From Alphaproteobacteria bacterium (GTDB taxonomy: Bacteria; Pseudomonadota; Alphaproteobacteria; M2410): a stretch of 64,000 nucleotides of DNA. A model generated the notes under the pieces. The model searched no databases and was not told the DNA's origin. It saw only the letters and a program-made list of their open reading frames with translations. Below, one piece after another: positions 49,641 through 59,698 of this stretch (positions are counted from its first letter, which is position 1; each line of letters starts with the position of its first letter). Location: assembly GCA_965248915.1 (NCBI GenBank), contig OZ252216.1:153091-217090 (forward strand), written 5' to 3'. Made by a program: the position numbers and the translations under genes.

Positions 49641-50831
49641 ATGAGTGATTTGGAGGCATTTCGCCAAGAGACGAGAAATTGGCTCGAGGAAAACTGCCCA
49701 CCATCAATGCGCACGCCTATGACATCCGAAGAGGATGCCGTCTGGGGTGGACGCAAAGAAACCTATGCCAACCCGGAAGCAAAACTCTGGCTGGATCGCA
49801 TGGGTGCCATGGGGTGGACAGCCCCGACCTGGCCAAAGGAGTATGGCGGTGGTGGCTTAACCAGCGAAGAAGCGCGTGTCCTTGGCCAAGAACTGGGGCG
49901 CATCGAAGCGCGTCCTGCTCTTGCAAGTTTTGGCCTTTGGATGTTGGGTCCGGTGCTCATCGAATATGGCACCGAAGAACAAAAGAAAGAGCACCTCCCG
50001 CCGATCGTGCGTGGTGAATTACGCTGGTGCCAGGGATACTCAGAACCTGGTGCTGGATCAGATCTCGCAGGCCTTCAGACAAGGGCTATCCTTGAGGGAG
50101 ACGAGTATGTGGTGAATGGTCAGAAGGTGTGGACTTCCTATGCAGATAAAGCAGACTGCATCTTCTGTTTGGTAAGAACGGATACATCCAAGAAACATGA
50201 AGGTATTTCGTTTTTATTGATTGATATGGATCAACCAGGGATCACAACGAAACCCATCAAACTTATTTCCGGCAATTCGCCATTCTGCGAAACCTTCATC
50301 GACGATGCCCGCGCGCCCCAGCGCAATTTGATCGGCCGTGTAAATGGCGGTTGGGAAATTGCCAAGAAGCTTCTTCAGCACGAGCGCACAAACATCTCAG
50401 CCGGCGGTTTTGGAACCGGCGGTCGGTCGACGCCCATGGAAGAGGTGGCCAAAGAATACCTCGGACAAGAAGGTGGCAAGATCGCTGATACCATTAAGCG
50501 AAGTGATATTGTGAAACAAAAGATGTTGGAACGCGCATTTGGGTTGACCTTGAAACGCATGCAAGATGAATCGAAAGCCGGCGAAGTTTCTGCCGTGTCA
50601 TCGATCATTAAATATGTTGCAGCCGAAATGAACAAAGACCGTCTCGAACTGATGGTCGAAATTATGGGTCTCCAAGCGCTCGGCTGGGAGGGCGACTATT
50701 TCTCAGATGCCGGACTGGCCACGACCCGTGGCATGTTGCGATCAAAAGCAAATTCCATTGAAGGCGGAACGTCTGAAGTTAACCTCAACGTGGTTGCCAA
50801 ACGTGTTTTGGGTCTTCGTGATCATCAGTAA
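49641..50831 (+). CDS. acyl-CoA dehydrogenase
   Basis: ACAD N-, middle- and C-terminal domains. …IEGGTSEV… region near the C-terminus (catalytic Glu position). Confidence 0.9.
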   Translation: MSDLEAFRQETRNWLEENCPPSMRTPMTSEEDAVWGGRKETYANPEAKLWLDRMGAMGWTAPTWPKEYGGGGLTSEEARVLGQELGRIEARPALASFGLWMLGPVLIEYGTEEQKKEHLPPIVRGELRWCQGYSEPGAGSDLAGLQTRAILEGDEYVVNGQKVWTSYADKADCIFCLVRTDTSKKHEGISFLLIDMDQPGITTKPIKLISGNSPFCETFIDDARAPQRNLIGRVNGGWEIAKKLLQHERTNISAGGFGTGGRSTPMEEVAKEYLGQEGGKIADTIKRSDIVKQKMLERAFGLTLKRMQDESKAGEVSAVSSIIKYVAAEMNKDRLELMVEIMGLQALGWEGDYFSDAGLATTRGMLRSKANSIEGGTSEVNLNVVAKRVLGLRDHQ

Positions 50832-50863
50832 AACAACAACAATAGGAAGAATGGAGGAAGCCA

Positions 50864-52003
50864 ATGGGCTTCGTACTGACAGAAGAACAAACGCTTTTGC
50901 GCGACTCGGCGCGTGAGTTTTTAGCTGAAAAGGCGCCAGTGTTGGCCTTTCGCAAACTGCGTGACGAAAAAGATGAAACTGGATTCTCGCGAGCGCTTTG
51001 GACCGAAATGGTCAAGATGGGCTGGGCCGGCATTACCATTCCAGAAACGTACGGCGGTCTTGATTTTGGGTTTCAGGGCTTAACGCTGGTTCTCGAAGAA
51101 GCTGGCAAGACACTGACCGCATCACCATTGGTCTCAACGGTTTTGCTGGGCGCACAGGCAGTAACATTGGGGGGCAGCGAAGAACAAAAACAAGAGATCT
51201 TGCCGAAGGTTGCCGCCGGAGAACTTCTACTTGCCTTGGCTGTTGATGAAGGGCCGCATTTCGATCCAACAAAAGTCGCCTTAGAAGCAACCGCTCAAGG
51301 CGATGGTTTCGAACTATCTGGATCTAAGACCTTTGTGCTCGATGGTCATGTCGCCGACACACTCATTGTTGTTGCACGGACAAGCGGGAGTGTTGGTGAG
51401 AGCAAAGGCCTATCACTTTTTCTGGTCGATGCAAATGCAGAAGGCGTATCACGAGAACGCCTTGAAATGCTTGACAGCCGAAATGCCGCAGTGGTTCGAT
51501 TGGACTCGGTGAAAGTATCAAAAGACGCTGTATTGGGATCGATCGATGGCGGGTTTGATGTGCTCGAGCAAGTGCTTGATCGCGCCGCCATTGGGTTGGC
51601 CGCAGAGATGTTTGGATCGATCTCCACTGTTTTTGGAACGACGCTCGAGTACTTGAAGGAGCGCAAGCAGTTTGGCCAACTCATTGGCAGCTTTCAATCC
51701 TTGCAACATCGCGCCGCTCACATGTACGCCGAAATCGAAATGGCAAAATCTGTGGTGGTCGAGGCTGCTAGCGCTGTCGATGAAGGATCAAACGATGTAG
51801 CGTTGCTGGCAAGCCTAGCCAAAGCGCGGATCAATGACACGTTCAACCTGGTTTCTCGGGAAGGTGTTCAAATGCACGGCGGCATTGGTATGACCGACGA
51901 ACATGATGTGGGTTTGTTTTTGAAACGAGCGCGTGTCGCTGAACACACATTTGGCTCATCAGATTATCACCGCGACAGATACGCTCAATTGAATGGGTAT
52001 TAA
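50864..52003 (+). CDS. acyl-CoA dehydrogenase family protein
   Basis: ACAD fold. The K-L loop position reads …MHGGIG… rather than YEG. Confidence 0.85.
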   Translation: MGFVLTEEQTLLRDSAREFLAEKAPVLAFRKLRDEKDETGFSRALWTEMVKMGWAGITIPETYGGLDFGFQGLTLVLEEAGKTLTASPLVSTVLLGAQAVTLGGSEEQKQEILPKVAAGELLLALAVDEGPHFDPTKVALEATAQGDGFELSGSKTFVLDGHVADTLIVVARTSGSVGESKGLSLFLVDANAEGVSRERLEMLDSRNAAVVRLDSVKVSKDAVLGSIDGGFDVLEQVLDRAAIGLAAEMFGSISTVFGTTLEYLKERKQFGQLIGSFQSLQHRAAHMYAEIEMAKSVVVEAASAVDEGSNDVALLASLAKARINDTFNLVSREGVQMHGGIGMTDEHDVGLFLKRARVAEHTFGSSDYHRDRYAQLNGY

Positions 52004-52010
52004 GAATGGT

Positions 52011-52039
52011 GAGGCAGGTGGCGGGGAACCACCTGCCTC
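52011..52039 (+). terminator. perfect 11-bp stem hairpin (GAGGCAGGUGG-CGGGGAA-CCACCUGCCUC) 8 nt after the ACAD stop; no U-tract
   Basis: Read directly from the sequence. A second GACGUC-N12-GACGUC hairpin follows at about 52047-52070. Confidence 0.3.
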
Positions 52040-52234
52040 GATACCTGACGTCTCGGGGGGGGCGGACGTCACTTTCGGCAGTATGTTATTACTGACTCGA
52101 TAAGCGGCTTTCGAATGGACGGGATGAACGCCGCTGAATAAACAATATAGGAATGAGCCCGGACTTGGGAAGTCACACACATTCACAAACGCGTGACGGT
52201 AGTTATCACGATGGCGTGAAACGAACATGTCCAT

Positions 52235-52687
52235 TTAACGATCACGCACCTTGGCATTGATGATGGTGTTGTGGAAATTTACGACGGTCTCTTCGCAAAC
52301 GCCAATCGACGTAAGATCTGCGAGAGTTTCATCGTAGGTGTCTTGATAAGATGCCTCAAGCGTTGCCAATTCTTCTTCGGTTCCACCGGCATTTTTATAG
52401 AAGGCGATCATGTCTTCCAAGCGATCTTCGGCATCAATTTCGAGCAATTGCGTATATCGCTTTGCACTAATCTCAAGGATCACGCGTGTCCTGGTGTCTG
52501 CATCGCTATCGATGAGGGGCATACAAACATCCGCAACAGCAAAAGCCTTGCCGGCATTACTCATTTGATCCGAGAATTTCTCAAGATCTTTGTTGGTCCA
52601 AGGAGTTGATGTTCCTTGGCTACATGCACTGAGGCCGCCGTACAATGCGAACAGCACCACTGCGTCTCGAATTCTCCGATTGCCCAT
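52235..52687 (-). CDS. hypothetical lipoprotein
   Basis: Signal peptide with lipobox (…LFALYGGLSAC). 150 aa with no recognisable domain. Confidence 0.45.
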   Translation of the reverse strand: MGNRRIRDAVVLFALYGGLSACSQGTSTPWTNKDLEKFSDQMSNAGKAFAVADVCMPLIDSDADTRTRVILEISAKRYTQLLEIDAEDRLEDMIAFYKNAGGTEEELATLEASYQDTYDETLADLTSIGVCEETVVNFHNTIINAKVRDR

Positions 52688-53039
52688 ATGTATCCCCTTG
52701 TCGCGTGATCAAGCGAACTCTATCAGCTTGTTGAGAGACCTCAAAGAGCTTGCATATTTTGGCAATTTTGACCCATAACCATGGGTGTCAGGCACGGCAG
52801 TCGATCGCTTTTTCACACGAGTACAAGGCATCCATTTGGCTTCGGTCTTGGGCATTATTGAAACCCTGCGCGGGCATGCAAGAGATGACCCGAAGTCCAA
52901 GACGAATTTTTTGGTGTGATGCAAGAGCAAGCGGAACGAATGGGGCGTCTCGTTGATGACCTTAGTTCTCACGAAAAAGCGAAGGCCCTCAAAATCATTT
53001 GAGGGCCATCCAGAGTTCTTGAAGGTCTCCAACAACAAA

Positions 53040-53480
53040 TTAGCCTGTGGCGCGGCGACGATCCCGACGGCTTTGTGCCGGTTGGTAAGCTAGGCGCGCG
53101 TGAGCGCTGCAATACGGTGACCCCGCCGTTGTATTGTTTCCACAAAAATGAAATTCATTTGAACCCGGATCGCCAATAGGCCAACGACACATCGACGAAC
53201 TCAATGTCATGACGGTTGCAAACTCACCATTTTCAAGTGTGGCCTCCTCGATGATTTCAGGTTCGCTCACCACGGGTTTTGGCTGCGGCTTTGGGATAGT
53301 CGCGCGTCTTGGCCGATCAACCCGGCTGGTTGTGGCGCGTCCAGACAGTCCCAAACGGTGAACTTTGCCAATCACAGCATTTCGGGTTACATCGCCCATT
53401 GTGCGGGCAATTTGGCTGGCGCTGAGGCCCTCGGCCCAGAGCTTTTTCAGTTGTTCGACCCGATCTTCGGTCCAAGCCAT
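53040..53480 (-). CDS. gcrA: cell-cycle transcriptional regulator GcrA
   Basis: MAWTEDRVEQLKKLWAEGLSASQIARTMG…NAVIGKVHRLGL is the diagnostic GcrA N-terminal DNA-binding domain. ATG at 53480. Confidence 0.85.
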   Translation of the reverse strand: MAWTEDRVEQLKKLWAEGLSASQIARTMGDVTRNAVIGKVHRLGLSGRATTSRVDRPRRATIPKPQPKPVVSEPEIIEEATLENGEFATVMTLSSSMCRWPIGDPGSNEFHFCGNNTTAGSPYCSAHARLAYQPAQSRRDRRRATG

Positions 53481-53557
53481 ATTCGTCTCCGTAATGCGGC
53501 CCCGAAAGGGGCGAATTTGGTTCGTGGGGGCTCGAGAGCAAATGCACGCTTTCAGAG

Positions 53558-53566
53558 TTATCCACA
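53558..53566 (+). promoter_or_regulatory. perfect DnaA box TTATCCACA about 78 nt upstream of the gcrA start
   Basis: Exact 9-mer consensus read from the sequence. A 7/9 copy (TTATCCAAG) follows at about 53608-53616. Confidence 0.45.
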
Positions 53567-53713
53567 AGATGTCGTGGGTGTGATCGCATTTTATACAAGA
53601 TAGTCCATTATCCAAGCTCAAATTGACCGGATTCTGGAAAGTCGGGCGCCTTGCGAGACTTATTCACATGGAGTATTCCTGATGCCTCCAAGCGATCTGC
53701 GGATCAGCTGACT

Positions 53714-53722
53714 CTATCCACA
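53714..53722 (+). promoter_or_regulatory. DnaA-box-like 8/9 match (CTATCCACA) about 50 nt upstream of the ABC-2 permease start
   Basis: Read from the sequence. Shares the extended core TATCCACAAG with the box at 53558. Confidence 0.35.
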
Positions 53723-53772
53723 AGCAAAAAAATTTCTGTCGGCAAGGCAATAAACGCGCCCAAAGGAAACCA

Positions 53773-54594
53773 ATGACAACGAATGAAGCGATAGCAAACA
53801 GAATTGCGCCCGGAACACGACACTTCGGACGCGTCAATTGGCTCGGGCTGCTGACCCTTTACACAAAAGAGATCCAAAGATTTTTGAAAATCTGGGGGCA
53901 GACGATTGCAGGTCCGGCAGTCACATCACTCTTGTTCTTGATCATCTTCAATCTGGCCATCGGACAATACCGGCCATCGATTGGTGGCATATCTTTCGCA
54001 GCCTTTGTCGCACCTGGGTTGGTTATGATGACGGTACTACAGCAAGCTTTTGCCAATACGGCTTCATCGCTGCTGGGATCCAAAATTCAGGGAAACTTGG
54101 TGGACTATTTGATGCCGCCGCTTTCCCCAGGAGAATTGGCGACCGGCTATGCTCTCGGGGGCATCACACGCGGCGTGGTGGTTGCTCTTAGTACCGCGGT
54201 TCTTATTTGGCCGTTCGCGCGCTTTGGTATTCATAACCCCTTTGCCATCCTCTTTTTCGCCATCGGTGCGTCTTGCATGCTGGCTCTCACCGGCTTGCTC
54301 GCGGGAATCTGGGCGGACAAGTGGGATCACATGTCAACGATAACAAACTTCATCATTCAGCCCTTGTCGCTTCTGTCTGGGACCTTCTACTCGGTGAGCC
54401 GCCTACCCGAGCCATGGTTTCAGATTAGCCAGTTTAACCCTTTCTTCTACCTAATTGACGGATTTAGATATGGGTTCACCGGCAATGCGGAAAGTAATCT
54501 CTTCATCGGGGCTACCATGGTGATTGTCGTCAATTTGGTTCTATGGGTCCTTTGTCTCTCGATTTTGAGAAGAGGTTACAAATTGAAGGCGTAG
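53773..54594 (+). CDS. ABC-2 type transporter permease
   Basis: Six TM segments with an ABC-2 family profile (…LLGSKIQGNLVDYLMPPLS…). No ATPase gene adjacent in the window. Confidence 0.75.
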   Translation: MTTNEAIANRIAPGTRHFGRVNWLGLLTLYTKEIQRFLKIWGQTIAGPAVTSLLFLIIFNLAIGQYRPSIGGISFAAFVAPGLVMMTVLQQAFANTASSLLGSKIQGNLVDYLMPPLSPGELATGYALGGITRGVVVALSTAVLIWPFARFGIHNPFAILFFAIGASCMLALTGLLAGIWADKWDHMSTITNFIIQPLSLLSGTFYSVSRLPEPWFQISQFNPFFYLIDGFRYGFTGNAESNLFIGATMVIVVNLVLWVLCLSILRRGYKLKA

Positions 54595-54763
54595 ACAAAC
54601 AAATTGACACGCAATGCTGCGGGCCTAGAATTGTCGGCCTAATGAACCGCCGACCGGCAATCCGGAGTGGCGGTTCGGCTTTTTTGAAGACCTCTAGGCA
54701 CCCCCATCCGATACTCCCGCCTGGAGAAAACCTCGATGGAGAAAACTGGTGATTTCTGCAGTC

Positions 54764-55927
54764 ATGCCGACATACGGCGGTGCCGATTATGGATTCGAAC
54801 GCGGTGAAGGTTGCTACCTCTTCAATCGCGATGGTGAGAGTTACTTGGATTTTGGATCAGGCATCGCGGTCAATGCCCTTGGTCATTGCCACCCGCATTT
54901 GCTCGCCGCTCTAACCGAGCAGGCGGGCAAATTGTGGCACACCTCCAACATGTTCAAGATCCCCAGCCAAGAACGACTGGCCGAGCGTTTGACAGAAGCG
55001 ACATTTGCTGACACGGCGTTCTTTACCAATTCTGGCGTCGAAGCCATCGAGTGCTCCATCAAAATGGCGAGGAAGTACCACGCGACCAACGGGCATCCTG
55101 AGAAGTATCGCCTCATCACATTTGAAGGGGCTTTCCATGGACGTTCCCTCGCGGCGATTGCTGCCGGAGGTCAACAAAAGTACTTGGATGGCTTTGGCCC
55201 AAAAGTTGAAGGATTTGATCAGGTTCCTTTCGCAGATGTCAAAGCGGTAAAGGCGGCGATCACTGAGGAAACGGCTGGAATCTTGATGGAGCCCGTGCAA
55301 GGCGAAGGCGGTATTCGTCCGGTGCCTTTCGAGATCATGCGTCAGTTGCGCCAGATTTGCGATGACAATGATATGCTTCTCATTTTGGATGAGGTTCAAT
55401 CCGGGATTGGGCGTACTGGAAAACTGTTTGCACATGAATGGTCAGACATCGAACCGGACATCATGGCGATCGCAAAGGGTATCGGAGGTGGATTCCCGAT
55501 GGGGGCCTGTCTTGCGACCGAGGGAGCCGCTAAAGGAATGGTCAAAGGCACCCATGGGTCTACATTTGGCGGCAATCCTCTCGCCATGTCCGTCGGGAAT
55601 GCGGTGCTTGATGTCGTCCTTGAGCCGGGTTTTCTCGATCACGTCAATGAGATGTCAAAGCGTTTGCGTCAACAGTTGGCCATGGTCATGGATGCTTATC
55701 CGGAGGTTGTTGAAGAGGTGCGAGGTGAGGGCCTCATGCTCGGCATTAAATGCAAGGTTCCCAATTTGGACATGTTGCAGGCCTTGCGGGATCGTAGAAT
55801 GCTCACAGTAGCCGCAGGCGACAATGTCATTCGCTTTTTGCCGCCTCTCATTGTGACCGAATCCGAGTTGGAAGAGGCCATCACAAAACTCGAGGATGCA
55901 TGTCAGTCATTCAAGCAGGACTCATAA
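54764..55927 (+). CDS. argD: acetylornithine aminotransferase (class III PLP aminotransferase)
   Basis: [44 protein letters not shown]…; conserved …GEGG…, …[14 protein letters not shown]… and …[10 protein letters not shown]… (PLP lysine) regions. Upstream of argF. Confidence 0.85.
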   Translation: MPTYGGADYGFERGEGCYLFNRDGESYLDFGSGIAVNALGHCHPHLLAALTEQAGKLWHTSNMFKIPSQERLAERLTEATFADTAFFTNSGVEAIECSIKMARKYHATNGHPEKYRLITFEGAFHGRSLAAIAAGGQQKYLDGFGPKVEGFDQVPFADVKAVKAAITEETAGILMEPVQGEGGIRPVPFEIMRQLRQICDDNDMLLILDEVQSGIGRTGKLFAHEWSDIEPDIMAIAKGIGGGFPMGACLATEGAAKGMVKGTHGSTFGGNPLAMSVGNAVLDVVLEPGFLDHVNEMSKRLRQQLAMVMDAYPEVVEEVRGEGLMLGIKCKVPNLDMLQALRDRRMLTVAAGDNVIRFLPPLIVTESELEEAITKLEDACQSFKQDS

Positions 55928-55937
55928 CAATAAAAAT

Positions 55938-56867
55938 ATGACCGATCTCAAACACTTTCTGGATTTGTCGGACATGGATTCGGCGACGCTCGCGCAGATG
56001 TTGGCAGATGCGCGTCAGCGAAAAGAGGGGCGTCGTGGCCTACCGAAGGGAACGCCCGATCCTGATGCTCCCTTAAAGGGGAGGGTTCTCGCGATGATTT
56101 TCGAGAGACCCTCGACCCGAACCCGTGTCTCCTTTGATGTTGGAATGCGTCAACTTGGTGGGCAAACGATTGTCCTTGGTGCTGATGACTTGCAGCTCGG
56201 AAGAGGGGAGACCATCGCCGACACCGCGCGCGTACTCTCTCGGTATGTGGATGCCATTATGATCCGCACGGATTCTCATGAGAAACTTCATGAATTGGCT
56301 GCTAACTCCAGCGTTCCCGTGATCAACGGTCTGACCAATGAAACCCATCCGTGTCAACTTATGGCGGACGTGATGACTTTTGAAGAGTCCAAAGGTCCGA
56401 TACGTGGAAAGACCGTCGCCTTCTTCGGCGACGCCAACAACAATGTTGCGGCCTCCTTCGTTCATGCCGCTTCCAAGTTTGGGTTTGATTTAAAATTTGC
56501 CTGCCCTGCGGCGTTGTCGCCTGACCAAGATGTCATGGCTTGGGCAGCCCGTGAGGGCGCTCGCGTCACCGTGACCGAAAACGCTGACGATGCGTTGAAA
56601 GGTGCGGACTGTGTCGTGACCGACACCTGGGTCTCCATGGGAGATGCTGACGGTGAAAGTCGGCACAACGTGCTGCAGCCGTACCAAGTTGATGATGTGA
56701 AAATGTCGAAAGCAAATCAGGGAGCAATTTTTATGCATTGTCTTCCTGCACATCGCGGTGAAGAAATGACGGCTGAAGTCATCGAAGGGCCCCAATCAGT
56801 CGTTTTCGACGAAGCCGAAAATCGAATGCATGTGCAAAAGGCCATTCTGGTGTGGTGCCTGTCCTAA
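55938..56867 (+). CDS. argF: ornithine carbamoyltransferase
   Basis: [12 protein letters not shown] carbamoyl-phosphate site and [10 protein letters not shown] ornithine site. ATG at 55938. Confidence 0.9.
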   Translation: MTDLKHFLDLSDMDSATLAQMLADARQRKEGRRGLPKGTPDPDAPLKGRVLAMIFERPSTRTRVSFDVGMRQLGGQTIVLGADDLQLGRGETIADTARVLSRYVDAIMIRTDSHEKLHELAANSSVPVINGLTNETHPCQLMADVMTFEESKGPIRGKTVAFFGDANNNVAASFVHAASKFGFDLKFACPAALSPDQDVMAWAAREGARVTVTENADDALKGADCVVTDTWVSMGDADGESRHNVLQPYQVDDVKMSKANQGAIFMHCLPAHRGEEMTAEVIEGPQSVVFDEAENRMHVQKAILVWCLS

Positions 56868-57799
56868 TGGCTTCGACAGTTCCAACAATGCGCGACGAAC
56901 ATTGTTTGCCTTTTCAGATCGAGGGTGCTGACGTCCGTGGCCAAATTGTTAAACTGGGATCGGTGGTCGACGAAGTTCTCACTAAACACGAATACCCGCA
57001 CGAAGTATCTATTCTCATCGGTGAGATGCTGACATTGGCGACAATGTTGGGAACTGCCCTAAAATTCCAAGGGCGCATTTCGCTACAAACAAAGAGTGAT
57101 GGGCCGGTCTCCATGGCGGTTGCTGACTTCTTTTCGCCAGACACAGTTAGGGCTTATGCGCGCTTTGATGAGGCCGCGCTTGCAAAGGCCCTTCAGGGTG
57201 TTGAGGGTGATCGCCCGAGTGTATCTGAACTGTGCGGCAAAGGACATTTTGCACTCATCATCGATCAAGGGGATGACACGGAACAGTACCAAGGTATCGT
57301 TCCATTGGAAGGCGGTACTATCTCAGAGTGCGCCCAGACTTACTTCCAGCAGTCCGAGCAACTTGCAACTTCTGTGAAGGCGTCTGTTTCCAAGATCATG
57401 AACGGTCAAGACGATGGTGCAGAAGAGAGTTGGCGGGCCGGGGCGATCATGATTCAACACACGCCGAGGCCAAAGGAAAAGAGAGCTCCGGAAGAAGAAG
57501 CACCATCGGAGATTTGGAACCGTGTGAACATTCTATTGGAAACCGTTGAAGATCATGAACTGCTCGACCCAACATTGCCTCCAGAGGAAGTGTTGTACCG
57601 GCTGTACCATGAAGACGGGGTGCGTGTTTACGATGCGCACGATTTGAAAGCCGGGTGTTCCTGTGATGAAGAGCGCGTCACGACCATGCTCAAAGGGTTT
57701 TCAGAAACTGAGAGATCCGACATGGCCAACGATGGCGGCATCGAAGTGCGGTGTGAATTCTGTAACCACCTTTATTTGGTCGAAGAAACAAAGCTCTGA
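56867..57799 (+). CDS. hslO: Hsp33-family redox-regulated chaperone
   Basis: Hsp33 N-domain. C-terminal zinc centre CSCDEE…CEFCNHLY. The ATG overlaps the argF stop (TAATG). Confidence 0.85.
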   Translation: MASTVPTMRDEHCLPFQIEGADVRGQIVKLGSVVDEVLTKHEYPHEVSILIGEMLTLATMLGTALKFQGRISLQTKSDGPVSMAVADFFSPDTVRAYARFDEAALAKALQGVEGDRPSVSELCGKGHFALIIDQGDDTEQYQGIVPLEGGTISECAQTYFQQSEQLATSVKASVSKIMNGQDDGAEESWRAGAIMIQHTPRPKEKRAPEEEAPSEIWNRVNILLETVEDHELLDPTLPPEEVLYRLYHEDGVRVYDAHDLKAGCSCDEERVTTMLKGFSETERSDMANDGGIEVRCEFCNHLYLVEETKL

Positions 57800-57873
57800 T
57801 TTTGAGGCTGGAGGTCTTATCTCTGCCATCATTGGAGACTACCAAAGCCCCAGTTTCAGAAAGGGAAAAATCC

Positions 57874-58506
57874 ATGTTTCGGAAATCAGCGTCGAGAAGT
57901 CCATTCACAAACCTCAAAAACGAGATCGCAACTATTGGCGCTTTATTGGTGGTTCCCTTGGCCTTGAGTGCGTGTCTTTCCTCGACATCAGCGCCGCGCC
58001 CCGTATCTCCGCCAGACTTGTCATTCGATCAAGGCGCGGTGGTTTCTGTTCAGGCCATGAATATTGTTTTTGTGGAGGATTATCTTCCACCCCTTCGCAA
58101 GCCAAATGTCGAACATGAATTCTCTCTCTTGCCTGTAGATGTGGTTCGCCATTGGACCAATGAGAGATTGAGCGCCGTTGGAGCCGATGGCCTCTTCACG
58201 GTGACGGTGAGAGAAGCCAGTGTGGTCGAAGAAGAATTACCCACGACGTCTGGTGTACAAGGGCGCTTCCGCCTCGAGGAAGATCGCAAACTGACCGCCC
58301 GGCTTGTCGTTGGTGTGACCTACCAGGGGCCAAGCGGCGAGAAGTCGGCAGACTTTGAAGTGACGGCGGTGAAAACATTGCTTGAGAGCGCCAGTCTAAA
58401 TGACCGGGAACGAGCCTACTATTGGCTCATCGAAAGACTGAAACACCAGACCCAAGAAGTCATGGAAGAACAGATCGCTACTACATTTTCAGGTGTGGTT
58501 GGTTAG
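57874..58506 (+). CDS. hypothetical lipoprotein
   Basis: MFRKSASRSPFTNLKNEIATIGALLVVPLALSAC lipobox. AAGGGA SD before the ATG at 57874. Confidence 0.45.
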   Translation: MFRKSASRSPFTNLKNEIATIGALLVVPLALSACLSSTSAPRPVSPPDLSFDQGAVVSVQAMNIVFVEDYLPPLRKPNVEHEFSLLPVDVVRHWTNERLSAVGADGLFTVTVREASVVEEELPTTSGVQGRFRLEEDRKLTARLVVGVTYQGPSGEKSADFEVTAVKTLLESASLNDRERAYYWLIERLKHQTQEVMEEQIATTFSGVVG

Positions 58507-58523
58507 AGCCCAATATCTGGCGA

Positions 58524-59666
58524 CTAGCCTTTCATGTGATTGATGAGCTTTCGAACAAAGGCCTCGCAAGCGACGATCTGGTCGATGTCAATGAATTCAT
58601 CCGGTTTGTGAGCCTGCTTGATGTCACCCGGCCCGCATACGACCGTTGGAACCGACGCCTCCTGAAAAAGGCCGGCTTCAGTTGCGTAAGAGACAGCCTC
58701 CGTTTCATTCTTACCGGTGAGGGCCAGGACAAGGCTTTCCGCGTCCGACCCACTGTCGACCTTTAGTCCAGGGGCAAAGGCGCGTTGTACGGTCTCCACC
58801 GAGCACTCCGCCGAGAACCCTCTCAGTTGAGTGTTCATCGCTTCTTGTTCCTCTTGAAAGCGCGTCCAAATTTCATCGGCGTCATGATCAGGAAGCCAGC
58901 GATACTCCCAGCCAAATGTACAATGATGCGGGATGATGTTGACGGCGGTACCACCCTCTATCGTACCAATCTGGATGGTGGTGTATCCCGGCTCAAAACG
59001 GCCACTTGTGTCGCCTCGATCTTTCAATTCACTTGAGAGTTCGTTTAGGAAGCCAATCAGCTTGGAGGTATAGACAATCGCGTTCACCCCAATTTGCTGC
59101 TGGCTCGAGTGAGCCTCAAGGCCAGTGACAGTGGTGCGAAACGACCGAATACCTTTATGCGCATTGATCACTTTCATCATTGTCGGCTCGCCGACAATGA
59201 CCGCCCTTGGCATCGGAACATGATTTATCATGTGTTCAATCATAGACCCGACACCAAGACAGCCGACCTCTTCGTCAAACGAGAAGGCAAAGTGGATAGG
59301 GCGGGACAAGTTTGCGTTATTCATTTCCGGTGCAAGGGATAGGGCGACGGCAATGAAACTCTTCATGTCGGCGGTTCCACGGCCAAACAGACGCTTCTCC
59401 GTTTCGGCAACAACGAAAGGATCTGTTGACCAATTTTGTCCATCAACGGGAACGACATCTGTGTGTCCTGAGAGAACAACCCCACCCTCAATTGCAGGTC
59501 CGATGGTGGCAAAGAGGTTGGCCTTGCTGCGATCCTCATTGTGGATGAGCGTGCTCTCGATACCTAGGTCTTTGAGGTATTTCTCAACAAACGAAATCAA
59601 ATGCAGATTTGAATCTCGGCTTGTGGTGTCGAACGAGATCAATCGATCGATCATGGCGCGAGACAT
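58524..59666 (-). CDS. M20-family metallohydrolase (acetylornithine deacetylase ArgE-like)
   Basis: M20 motifs (…LSGHTDVVP…, …GRGTADMK…, …DEEVGCLG…). The track start (GTG 59786) overlaps trkH by 88 nt, so the internal ATG (MSRAMIDRL…) near 59666 or MPGTS… near 59690 is preferred. Confidence 0.7.
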   Translation of the reverse strand: MSRAMIDRLISFDTTSRDSNLHLISFVEKYLKDLGIESTLIHNEDRSKANLFATIGPAIEGGVVLSGHTDVVPVDGQNWSTDPFVVAETEKRLFGRGTADMKSFIAVALSLAPEMNNANLSRPIHFAFSFDEEVGCLGVGSMIEHMINHVPMPRAVIVGEPTMMKVINAHKGIRSFRTTVTGLEAHSSQQQIGVNAIVYTSKLIGFLNELSSELKDRGDTSGRFEPGYTTIQIGTIEGGTAVNIIPHHCTFGWEYRWLPDHDADEIWTRFQEEQEAMNTQLRGFSAECSVETVQRAFAPGLKVDSGSDAESLVLALTGKNETEAVSYATEAGLFQEASVPTVVCGPGDIKQAHKPDEFIDIDQIVACEAFVRKLINHMKG

Positions 59667-59698
59667 TGGTTCGGTGGAGGTGCCAGGCATGTCTGTTC

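Noticed and set aside
52709-53038. 109-aa minus-strand ORF in the lipoprotein-gcrA intergenic region
   Set aside because: No SD, no recognisable domain, and atypical composition. It is likely non-coding spacer, though it remains an unexplained 350-bp gap.
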